This document shows, piece after piece, positions 41,366 through 55,069 of a stretch of DNA of 64,000 nt. Every line of letters begins with the position of its first letter. Position 1 is the first letter of the stretch. Made by a program: the position numbers and the translations under genes. Below the pieces are notes generated by a model, which was not told the origin of the DNA, made no database searches, and saw only the letters and a list, made by a program, of their open reading frames with translations. This DNA comes from Takakia lepidozioides (Eukaryota > Plantae > Bryophyta): positions 64,666,001-64,730,000 of the forward strand of contig CM060731.1 in assembly GCA_030704615.1 (NCBI GenBank), given 5' to 3'.

Positions 41366-44250
41366 GCCCCCCCTTCCCCCATCATTTGCTCATAGCTCTC
41401 CAAAGCCTCTATCCCACGTCCCTGCCGTGCATACCATGCAAGCATCGCACTCCACGACACCACATCTCGTTCAGCCATAGTGTCGAACACTCCCTTTGCA
41501 TCCTAGATGCACCCACATTTTGCAAACATGTTCACCAGGGTTTTGTTCAGGATGACATCTGGTACAATTCCAACTCTGAAGATGTCGCCATGGACCTCTT
41601 TCCCCTAAGCTGCCAGGGTAGTGTTCAGATTGACATTTGGCAGCTTTGATGATATCCCCATGTGCCCTTCATTTCGGTCCACCGTTCAAACTGACATTTG
41701 GTACAATTCCAGCTTGAAATGTCACCATGGACCTCTTTCCCTTTTCCAGAGCTGCCAGGGCAGTGTTCAGATTCACATTTGGACAATTCCAGCTTTGATG
41801 ATATCCCCATGCACCTCTTTGCCCTTCAGGCTGGCTGCCAGGCTTGCACAAGCATTGCAAATGCACACAAACATGATGTGCTTCCCCCATCATTTGCTCA
41901 TAGGTCTCCAAAGCCTCCATCCCACGTCCCTGCTGTGCATACCATGCAAGCATCGCACTCCACGACACCACATCTCGTTCAGCATAGTGTCGAACACTCC
42001 CTTTGCATCCTAGATCAACCCACATTTTGCAAACATGTTCACCCAAGGTTTTGGTTCAAAATTACATCCCTGGTCATAATAATCTGCATATGTCTCCATG
42101 CAACCTCTTTCCCTAAGCGCCCAGGGGCCAGTGTTGTTCAGATTGACATTTGACACAATTCCGCTTTGATTATATCCCCATTGCACCTCTTGCCCTTCGT
42201 CAGGCGGCATGGCAGGCTTCCAGCACAGCCCTGTTGCAACCATGCACACACACACATCTGTCTTAGGTCCCCCTCATTGCCCTCATACCTGCTCATCCAA
42301 AGCAGCTCCATCTCCCCACGTCCCTGCCGTGCCTACCCTACACAGCATTGCCTCCACGACACCCACATCCTCGTCTGCCATATTGTCGAACACTCCCTTT
42401 GCCTCCTGATGCACCCACATTTTGTCAACATGTTTCAACCAGGGTATTGGTCAGAATGACATCTGGTACAATTCCAACTCTAAAATGTCGCCCTGGACCT
42501 CTTTCCCCTTTTCCAACTGTCTAGGGCAGTGTTCAAATTGACATTTGGCACATTCCAGCTTTGATGATATCCCCATGCACCTCTTGCCCTTCTCCAGGGC
42601 TGCCAGGCTTGCACAAGCATTGCAAATGCACACAAACATGATGTGCTTCCCCCATCCTTTGCTCATAGGTCCTCCACAGCCTCCATCCCCACGTCCTTTC
42701 CGTGCATACCTTGCAAGCATCGCACCCCCACGACACCCCACATCTCGTTCAGCCATAGTGCGAACACTCCCTTTGCAATCCTAGATCCTAATCCCGTTGC
42801 AACCCCACATTTTGCAAACATGTCCACCAGGGTATGGTTCATAATGACCTTTGTACAATTCCACTCTGAAGATTTCGCCATGGACCTCTTTCCTCTTTTT
42901 CCAGAGCTGCCAGGGCAAATTTCATAATGACATTTGGTACAATTCCATCTTTGATGATAACCCCATGCACCACTTCCCCTTGTCCTAGTCTCGATGCACC
43001 CACATTTTGCATAAATGGTCCACCAGGGTATGGTTCAAAATGACATTTGGTACAATAGCTCTGAAGATGTCGCCATTGACCTCTTTCCTTCCCCTTTTTC
43101 CATAGCTGCCAGGGCAGAGTTTCATAATGACATTTGTCCATTCCAGCTTTTATGATACCCCATGCACTCTTTCCCTCGTCCAGGCTCGCTGCACCCACAT
43201 TTCGCATACATGTCCACCGGGTATGTTCAGACTGACATTTGGTACAATTCCAGCTCTCAAGATGTCGCCATGGACCTCTTCTTTTTTCCCCCTTTTCCAG
43301 AGCTGCCAAGTGCAGTGTTTCATATTCACCTTTGGTACAATTCCAGCTTTGATGATATCCCTGCACCTCTTTGCCCTTCTCCAGGCTGGCTGCCAGGCTT
43401 TCACAATTGCAAATGCACACAACGTATAATGTGCTTCCCCCATCATTTGTCATGCTCCTCCCAAAGCCTTCCCCCCCCATTCACACCCTGTGTGCATACC
43501 CTGCAAGCACATCATATCGCCTCCAATGACACCACATGTCGTTCAGCCATAGTGTCAAACACTGCCTTTGCATCCTAGATGGCCCCACATTTTGCAAACA
43601 TGTCCACCATGGTATTGTTCAGATTGTCATCGCTGGTAAATTCCAGCTCCTGACGATGTCGCCATGCACCTCTTTCCCATTTCCAAAGCTGCCAGGGCAT
43701 GTTCGATTGACATTGGCACGATTCCAGCTTTGATGATTCCCTATGCACCTCTTGCCCTTCTCCAGGGCTGCCAGGCTTGCACGCACATTGCAAATGCCAC
43801 CAAACATGATTTGCTTCCCCCCTCATCTGCTCATAGCTCTCCAAGCCTCCATCCCACGTCCCTGCCGTGCATACCCTGCAAGCAATGCATGACTCCACGC
43901 CACCACATCTCTTCAGCCATAGTGTCAAACCTCCCTTTGCATCCTAGATGCAAACCCCCATTTTGCAACATGTTCACCAGGGTATTGTTCATAATGACAT
44001 TGATACAATTCCAGCTCTGAAGATGACGCCATGGACCCTCTTTCCCCTTTTTACAAGCTGCCAGGGCAGTGTTCAGATTGACATTTGGTCACAATTCTAG
44101 TTTTTGCTGATATCCCCATGCACCTCCTTGCCCTTCTCCAGGGCTGCCAGGCTTGCACAAGCATTACAAATGCCACAAACACGATGTGCTTCCCCCATCA
44201 TTTGCTCATAGGTCTCCAAAGCCTCCATCCCACGTCCCTGCCGTGCATAC
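41366..44250 (-). pseudogene. Tandem PLS-class PPR array, heavily frameshifted (copy 1)
   Basis: Repeated near-identical units DMFAKCG...AKGVF..MAERDVVSWSAMLA..EALETYEQMMGE..HIMFVCICNACASLAALEKGKEVHGDIIKAGIVPNV; no E or DYW domain seen. Confidence 0.9.
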
Positions 44251-45199
44251 CCTGGCCATTGACTCTCCCAAGAACCTTGTAAACATCCAGCGGACTTAAG
44301 TGCGCAACAGCGATAGGCTTAGTGGGGCTTAGTGCTTGAGGGAAAAAAAAAACATCGCATTGGTCCATGAGAACCACCATGGTGGCAGCTAAGCGAGCAG
44401 AGATTGAAACACGACCTGCTAAGAACCAAGCTGACTCTTCCAAGCTGATCTTCAAAACCCATTGTAAATGAAGAATACCAAATCATGTACAACAGGAGCC
44501 AAAAGCCACATTTGCAGGACGGACAAACTTCTTCACATCCTACATTTAGAAAAAGCCACACCCTTGCGATTGTGTTGTCCCCACCATCATGAAGGATCGT
44601 AAAAAACTCATGCGAGCTTTGCTCCGTGCTGCAAATTCAGGGCCGAGTCTGATGAGAGGGCAAAAGACTGCTGAAATAGGTCGAAGAAGAATGTGCCCTA
44701 ACCACATTGTCTTCGACCTTGTGTCATGACCCATGGAGGATTTTGACGGACCATGAACCCACCGGACCTCTTGTGTGTGCTGCTTGTGTCTGTAGTCAGT
44801 AATGTCGGATTGTCCATGAGAACCCACCACTGTGCAGCTGAGCGAGCAGAGATTGAAACTCCGACCTGCTAAGACCAACCTGCACGAGGACTTAGTGTGC
44901 ACAAAGCAACGATCGGGCTTAGCGGGGCTTAGCTGGCCTTAGTGCATGATGGGGGAAAAAAACAACGCGAGATTTTGAAACCGCGACCCACGACACTCAC
45001 AAGGAAGAAGCCCTTACCAGTACACTACATGCACACATTTGAATTACCCCCAAAAGTATGTATATATTGTACATACGTGATGTCAACTTTTTAACGTTTT
45101 TTAACCTTTTCACAAACCCTATAAGCAACTTTTTGTTTTTTTGTTTTTTTATAAAATTTAAAGGACACCTCAGGCCCTTGAGGAGGGGGAAAAATTAAC

Positions 45200-45346
45200 C
45201 CCTTTTCATTTATGGGCCATGAGACCTACAGGAGAATCAACGCCCAAACATACCGTCGTCACAACCATCCCACACATGGAGTAATGCCCCGGGTTTGAAC
45301 CCTGAACCACCAGGGCGACACCATCTCAATCTGCACTTACCAGCCG
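45200..45346 (-). mobile_element. Possible tRNA-derived SINE
   Basis: Reverse strand has GGCTGGTAAG (A-box-like) and GGTTCAAACCC (B-box) at tRNA-like spacing with T/A-rich flanks; no convincing cloverleaf. Confidence 0.35.
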
Positions 45347-45454
45347 ATGTGTTTTTTTAAAATCTTTTGCGCTTTGATTTTTTTTAAAAAAAAATCATTT
45401 TGAGTGATTACAAGTGAGCACTAGATGTGTTCCATGGAGATAAACAAACGGTTT

Positions 45455-45670
45455 CATCCGGTGTCTTCACGGTGGGATTAATCCCATGGAGCGTTACATG
45501 AAAGATCTTAAGGGATCATTAGGAATTAACGCAAAGCCAGAAGGGAGTACGGCTGCAGGTATGTCTGGATGAGGCCATGGGGTTCATGACTGAGTATATG
45601 CACTCATTGATGCGACTCAACAAGTGGACTTGGGATGCAAAAATCGAGGAAGGGGTTGAGGACGAGGTGG
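45455..45670 (+). pseudogene. CACTA TnpD/Tnp2 transposase fragment
   Basis: PVSSRW..PMERYMKDLKG...NAKPEGS.AAG...DEAMGFMTEY...WDAKIEE matches the RWMYPxERY..LK..V.N.A.PEGS region of En/Spm transposases. Confidence 0.8.
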
Positions 45671-47045
45671 GTTTTTGTGAGGTGTGTGGTCTTCGAAAGG
45701 TGTCCGCAAAAAGCGGGACATGACTGGAGCTGGTAGAGATGCAGCACAAATTTTGTATGTGCTGAACAATACCAATGTCATGGCTCCTTGGGCGCAGTGA
45801 GTACTTTCTTTTCATTGCACCTGATTCATAATCAAGTTCAATTTCAGTTCTGAACTGTCACCAGTGTAATCAACCACCACAAAGTCACAAATGTCAGTGG
45901 GTTCTCCTGATTCATAACCATGCTGTAGTAACGGAATGTCTGAGTGAGTGACTTGTTGGAAGAGCATGTTGTTTACAAGTCATTCTGCTCACTCCCCAAT
46001 ATGTTTGAAACAGTGTGGTTTTCAAAGTATCATTCATGCTAGGTATTTTTTTGCTAAGTAATGCAATACTTCATTGCTAACATGTGTCATTCTTGTTTGC
46101 CATTTTGTACAAAAACGTATGCAAGAGAGAAGCACGTTCACAGCAGACAGAGAGGCATGTGGTGATGAGTGGCGTGCCAATCGACGTCTACCTTATCAGA
46201 TCAGCCAATACCTAGGTCATTAGATGGTCCCACGGATCTAAATAAAGAAGACCTGGCTATGTTGGCTACCATTCATAGCAACATTTGTGCAACCAACCGC
46301 TATTCCAGTTTGGCAAAGTGATTCAGAGGGTGACGAATATTGTTTCAGATTCAGAATAAAGTTTATTGTTGGAACCATTGGTTCAATAGCATCATCCCAC
46401 AATGGTCTGGCCGCTTGTCTGTTTTTCAAAGTCTGTCACAGTTGCACAAACCACTTAAAGTTTTTCATATATCACCCAAAAAGTGGTACCAATCACTGTT
46501 GTGTAGGCAACCACTCATGAGCAACCACTAGCATAGTGGTTCCAATTACTACAGTATCTTTCACCACCCACTTTCCACCACTGTCAAAGTGGTACAAATC
46601 AATGAGATGTCTTTAACCACTCAAGATCAACGTGCACTGTCCCCGTCCACGTGGAATATTATATTTATGAACTAAAATATATTTCCAAATAATAAATCAC
46701 AAATAAAATTTGAATTATTACACGTGGAGCAGGAAGTGGTTTCAACCACTTCCCATCACTGAGGTGTCTATAATCACTCACATGTTACCACTGCACTCGT
46801 CCACTACTGAGTGGTTGAAACCACTTCCAACCACTGTCTGTGATGCCACCGTGACATTTCATTGGGATTAACCACTGGCAAGTGGTTACTAGTGGTTTAT
46901 AGAGTGGAAGAAGACAGTAGTGGTTAAAGGGCCAGTGGTTATTCCACATTTTTCTTCTAATGAAGACTCTGCAATATGGCGACCATTTCCGCAAATGTGC
47001 CTTCCATCTTAACTAACCGAGGAACAAACTTTAATCTCGCCAAAC

Positions 47046-47660
47046 TGTCAAAGACGAGAACATGACTGAACACAAACAAGAGATCAGACTAAAGGTACAA
47101 GACTAGACAAGAAGTCAAGGTCGGCGTGGCCGAGTGCATGATGTGTAAATAAGAATCAAGACGATCTTTATAACAATGAACAAGAGTACAAAATATTGGA
47201 ACACGGCTTGAATACTGGAATGCTGGAAACTGGACTGGAGTACCAGATACTAGAAACTGGGCTAGAATACTGGGAACTGGACTGAAGTACTGGGAACTAG
47301 AAACAAGAGTAGCTTGAACTGGTGTTGGCGAGACTGAAGAGTGTCCAGTCTCGCCTCCTATATATACTGGCTACTAAGAAGTTCCCTAAGAAGCTTCCCC
47401 TATGGAGGTTTCTTGATGAAGAAGCTTCATTAAACAAAAGAGGTATCTTGATGGAGAAGTTTCCTCCAAAGGAAGCTTCCTGAGCAGTTTCCCAAGTTAC
47501 TCTTGGTAATTTGGTCAACTCCCGGTAACTTGGTAAGTAATGATACATCATGGTAGATCATGGTAAATCACGGTAAGTCATGATAACTTCCGATAACATG
47601 GTAACTTGGTAACTTCTAGTATTTACTCTTGATAAGTTCCTTTGGACTATGTCCGTGACA
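47046..47660 (-). repeat. 5' LTR of chromovirus B (615 bp) with TATA box and initiator
   Basis: TGTCACGG...CTTTGACA termini; TATATATA at 47366-47359; TCAGT initiator-like motif at ~47337-47333; gag ATG follows at ~47007. Confidence 0.8.
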
Positions 47661-47876
47661 ACCATCAGCTTAGTAGACTACTCCCTTCGCTTTAACAATG
47701 GATAAGGGCATGAAGTAGTGGTTCCCTTGAAAGTAGTGAAGATCAAAGCTGGGTCTGCTACAGCCAATATGTGTACAACAAAACTCACACTCCAACCTCA
47801 ATTGGAATGATTTCTACAAGTTTCAGCCTGATCTTCAACTCTTATATCAGTGACATGTTCCCGGTGCTGGGGATAG

Positions 47877-48170
47877 GACAGGGGTGCCCATAGCTATTCC
47901 AAAGAATTTACTCTAATTCGTGCCCCTCTCAACATCACTATCCCTGCCATGACCCAGAAGGTGATCAAGTCTAGTCTGGCCTTCTTGTGTCCAGCTGCTC
48001 ATTTCCTAGAAGTTGAAGGATGGACGAGACTGACTGCCCTTAAGCATTGCCTGGTGGCCACTGATGTTCTAGATAGAGGATATAGACAAGAAGTCAAGAT
48101 TCTAATTACTAATCCCGATCGCTTCCCTGTGACTATTAAGAAAAGGCAGGTTCTGGTCATCATCTTTACT
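47877..48170 (+). pseudogene. dUTPase-like domain, probably part of the pol region of element A
   Basis: LIRAPLNITIPAMTQKVIKSSLAFLCPAAHFLEVEGWTRLTALKHCLVATDVLDRGYRQEVKILITNPDRFPVTIKKRQVL aligns by eye with trimeric dUTPases (IPP..lV.TGlai..P.gy...RSGLAlKhg..v.gvIDxdYrGEikvll.N...f.IkkGdriAQ). Confidence 0.7.
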
Positions 48171-48333
48171 CCCTGCACGGTTTTCCTAGCCAAGGGTTTT
48201 GTCCTCGGTCCAACTTGCAGGTGCCAGGTTTTCCCTTGGTAGGTTTTTCACCCATAAGTGGAGGGTGATATTTCCTATTATTTGTTTTCTTTCGCGGAGC
48301 TCAGGATTTTTCGTGGGGGGTAGGCTTCACAGA

Positions 48334-51126
48334 TGTAAAGCCCCATATTTGCTTAACCTAGAAATGACCCGTTTCATCCAAACGGCGATACATATCCATA
48401 GTATATTTTTTTGGCGTATAAAGCCGTTAAACCATTACAATGATTTCTAGGTTAGGGTTAGTTTTGGGCTGGTGGCGACATCCTGGCCCTTCATCAGATC
48501 TAGGGCTACAAGGCGGCACCGTGGGCTTTGGCTTGTGATGCCTCGCCATGTGGCGAGCCACCAAAGCTAGGGCTTTTTGTATAAAGACGGCGCCCTGACA
48601 CAAGGTCAGGGTGGTGTATTCGGGTGTTAGTGTATATGTGATTTCGGTGTACAAGCTTTGGATGAGAGCTCTTGTGTGTCAGATCCGCCTGCTTGATCCT
48701 CCTCTCGCGCATTGCCTGCTCTTTCCGCTTGCCCCTTTGTTGTGAAAACTTGTTTCTTGAGAGGAAGGGAGTATATGCTTCAGGCTCGTTTTGAGGCTTC
48801 ACAAGCTGAAGGTGTAGGACCTACTTCATCTTGAATTGCCTTAGCTATCACTTCATTGCCAATCTTCAATCAGCAATGATTGATAGAAAGCGAGGGGGAA
48901 ATTCCCCGCCAATTTGGAGGTATGAATATCGACGGCGCAGTATGCACTATGCACGATATGGATGCAGCTTTCAATAAGCAAAATAAAAATCAGGCCGGAA
49001 GATGAAATATGTGAAGCTAGATACTTTGAGGAATAATATCAATGAGAAGCATGCTTGTACACATTTATATGAGAAGTGGGAGTTTTTTTTATACCAGACC
49101 AGTATTGATATTACCCTAGTATCGATTTCTAAAAACTTTTGTTATTGATAAAAGTAAAACACCACACTAATCATATATTATTGATACCACCATGGTATCA
49201 AACTTGCCGATGTGTTTGGCATGCAAAAACAAAGACAATCGTGGAAAAAAAAGAACCTCTAAGCCGTCGGGATGAGCAGCCGCGGCCTTGGGCTTGGCAC
49301 CCGTGAAGCTTCGGGAGTCCAGACAGAGCAAGAAAGAAGCTTGAGCAGGTCGTGAGAACTGGAACCATAAACTGCCAACGCCAGCCACTCCCACACCCTC
49401 TCGTCCTTAATCCAGAAGCCTACCCGTGTCGTGCCGTTCTCCTCCCACGTCCGGGACATCACTGAGGAATTGGGAAAGCTATCCAGGTGATCTGCAACAC
49501 GAGGGCAAAGTACATGCTGCTCTTCAAAGCAGGTGCCTGGCAAAATCACGATGTCGGACGACTGCACATGCAAACTATTTCCCACGAGACCATCCACCAA
49601 GTCCACCGTCGTGGGTTTGTAACGACACCCGAGAGTGAAATCGAAGAGCTCGTAACAACAAGGCTCCAGAGCCTTCAAGCAACAATGAGAGCCAAGAGTC
49701 TGCTGTCTGTTTGGTCGTCTGCCATAGCCCCGACTCACGGCGGACGGATAATGATAAGTGGAGCCCGAGCGCTTCCTAGGCCACCTGCCGATGATGAAGA
49801 AGACAAGCCTTGAATACTTCCAGCGCAAGCGCAGGGAGTTCTTGACAGCCACGACGGCTCGGGTCTGGCACAACGCACTCTCTCTCCCAAAGTCAGAACT
49901 AGACCCAGGTCGCACAAAAATCGTCTCGTGATGACTGTTCAGACGACGAGCATCCTCTTGAACAGATGCTTCAAACTTTTCAAACCACTGCACATCCTCC
50001 GGAAGCAACTCTCCTAGAGACTCATCATACTCTTGAGAGCGCTCAACATCCCTCTCAAACTCTCTCTCTTGTTCTCTCGGACACTCGTAATCAGGACCTG
50101 AATCATAGAAATGATCAAAATTATAGTACTCTGGATCGCAACTATCTAGAGAGCTGGGTGACCTCTCATCTCTCGGTGACCAAGCCTCGGCCTCATTCAC
50201 ATTAACATCATATCTAGGGCTAGATGAATTCAAATGCACGACAAGACCATGACCATCAGTGTTCGGTTCAGGCAGGGCTAACACTGGCGAGGCAACAATG
50301 CCAAGTAACGCACGTCGAGAGGGGTTAGTGGCAGCAAGATCAGTCGCTATTGTTAAGGCAGGATCAGTCTCAATCTCAAAAACCAAATAAACTTGCATCG
50401 ACAAGCTTTCTCCCTCTCTGCGTGCTACACAACTAGTACTACGCACCGAGGCCATCGTCCTGCAACATAGCACAACGAGCAGGGTGAGAAAGCAAATACG
50501 AAACAGCAGGAGAAAACATCGCAAGGTGGCTGGCCGCCATCAGACAAGACTGATTAGAGAACAACGATCAAAAGATTAGCGCGCAGATCCCTCAACAAGC
50601 TAACAATGCTGTCAGAGCGGGCAGTGGATGCTAAAACACCTAGACGCTAGCCGACTTCTCTCCACCACAAAACGAGCCTGAAGCATATACTCCCCTCCTC
50701 TCAAGAAACAAGTTTTCACAACAAAGGGGCCAGTGGAAAAAGCAGGCAATGCGCGAGAGGAGGATCAAGCAGGCGGATCTGACACATAGGAGTTCTCATC
50801 CAAAGCTTGTACACCAAAATCACATATACACTAACATCCGAATACACCGCCTTGACCTTGTGTCAAGGTGACGTCTTTATACAAAAAGCCTTAGCTTTGG
50901 TGGCCCGCTGCGTGGCGAGGCATCACAAGCCAAAGCCCATGGCGCTGCCTTGTAGCCCTAGATCTGATGAAGGGCCAGGATGTCGCCACCAGCCCAAAAC
51001 TAACCCTAACCTAGATATCATTGTAACGGTTAAACGGCTTTATACGCCAAAAAATATACTATGGATGTGTATCACCATTTGGATGAAACGGGTCATTTCT
51101 AGGCTAAGCAAATATGGGGCTTTACA
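48334..51126. repeat. Pair of ~460-bp inverted repeats (48334-48793 and 50668-51126) with LTR-like TG start
   Basis: TGTAAAGCCCCATATTTGCTTA... at the left and ...TAAGCAAATATGGGGCTTTACA at the right; the arms align throughout with scattered substitutions. Confidence 0.9.
49259..50524 (-). CDS. Orphan ORF (up to 421 aa; first ATG at ~50455), unknown function, probably TE-associated
   Basis: 1266-nt uninterrupted frame with an acidic central tract and a Cys/Trp-containing C-terminal half; no motif recognised. Confidence 0.45.
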   Translation of the reverse strand: MRCFLLLFRICFLTLLVVLCCRTMASVRSTSCVARREGESLSMQVYLVFEIETDPALTIATDLAATNPSRRALLGIVASPVLALPEPNTDGHGLVVHLNSSSPRYDVNVNEAEAWSPRDERSPSSLDSCDPEYYNFDHFYDSGPDYECPREQEREFERDVERSQEYDESLGELLPEDVQWFEKFEASVQEDARRLNSHHETIFVRPGSSSDFGRESALCQTRAVVAVKNSLRLRWKYSRLVFFIIGRWPRKRSGSTYHYPSAVSRGYGRRPNRQQTLGSHCCLKALEPCCYELFDFTLGCRYKPTTVDLVDGLVGNSLHVQSSDIVILPGTCFEEQHVLCPRVADHLDSFPNSSVMSRTWEENGTTRVGFWIKDERVWEWLALAVYGSSSHDLLKLLSCSVWTPEASRVPSPRPRLLIPTA

Positions 51127-51372
51127 AGCTCCTTCCTGGGCATCTTCCTGGATCCTCACAAGTACAAGTCCCCGTCACTTGGGCGTCTGTGATGAGCAAG
51201 AAAACTCACCCACGTTATGGATCAGAGTCGTGGGGCATCCTCAGACCTCTAAGTATAAAATGATGCGTGGTGTGGTTTTGTGGACAGTGGTGCCCTATGG
51301 CAGTGATAGAGGTGACGGCGAAGTCAAAGCTGGTGGGGAAGAGGGCACTTGTCATAGCGGACAGGGGGATTC

Positions 51373-55069
<3,697 letters not shown>

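Larger units (their letters stand above)
37743..46962. mobile_element. CACTA (En/Spm) element carrying captured gene fragments (Pack-CACTA-like), 9.2 kb
   Basis: Left TIR CACTAAAAGAAAAACGCGGAATAACCACT; right TIR (reverse complement) CATTAGAAGAAAAATGTGGAATAACCACT; 3-bp TSD AAG; ACCACT/AGTGGT subterminal repeats at both ends. Removing it restores the chromovirus gag frame. Confidence 0.92.
27684..47660 (-). mobile_element. Tcn1-like chromovirus (Ty3/gypsy) B, degenerate and interrupted by nested elements
   Basis: Gag MEGTFAEMVAILQSL|QLQMQEL...PEKFDG (split by the CACTA element); CLYCGEEDHIPLKC knuckle; protease ALLDSGASG; RT and RNase H at 34800-36100; integrase [13 protein letters not shown]; GPF module; chromodomain EYEVDEVLDSR...YFVHWKSY...TWEP (28015-28230). 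Confidence 0.9.
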
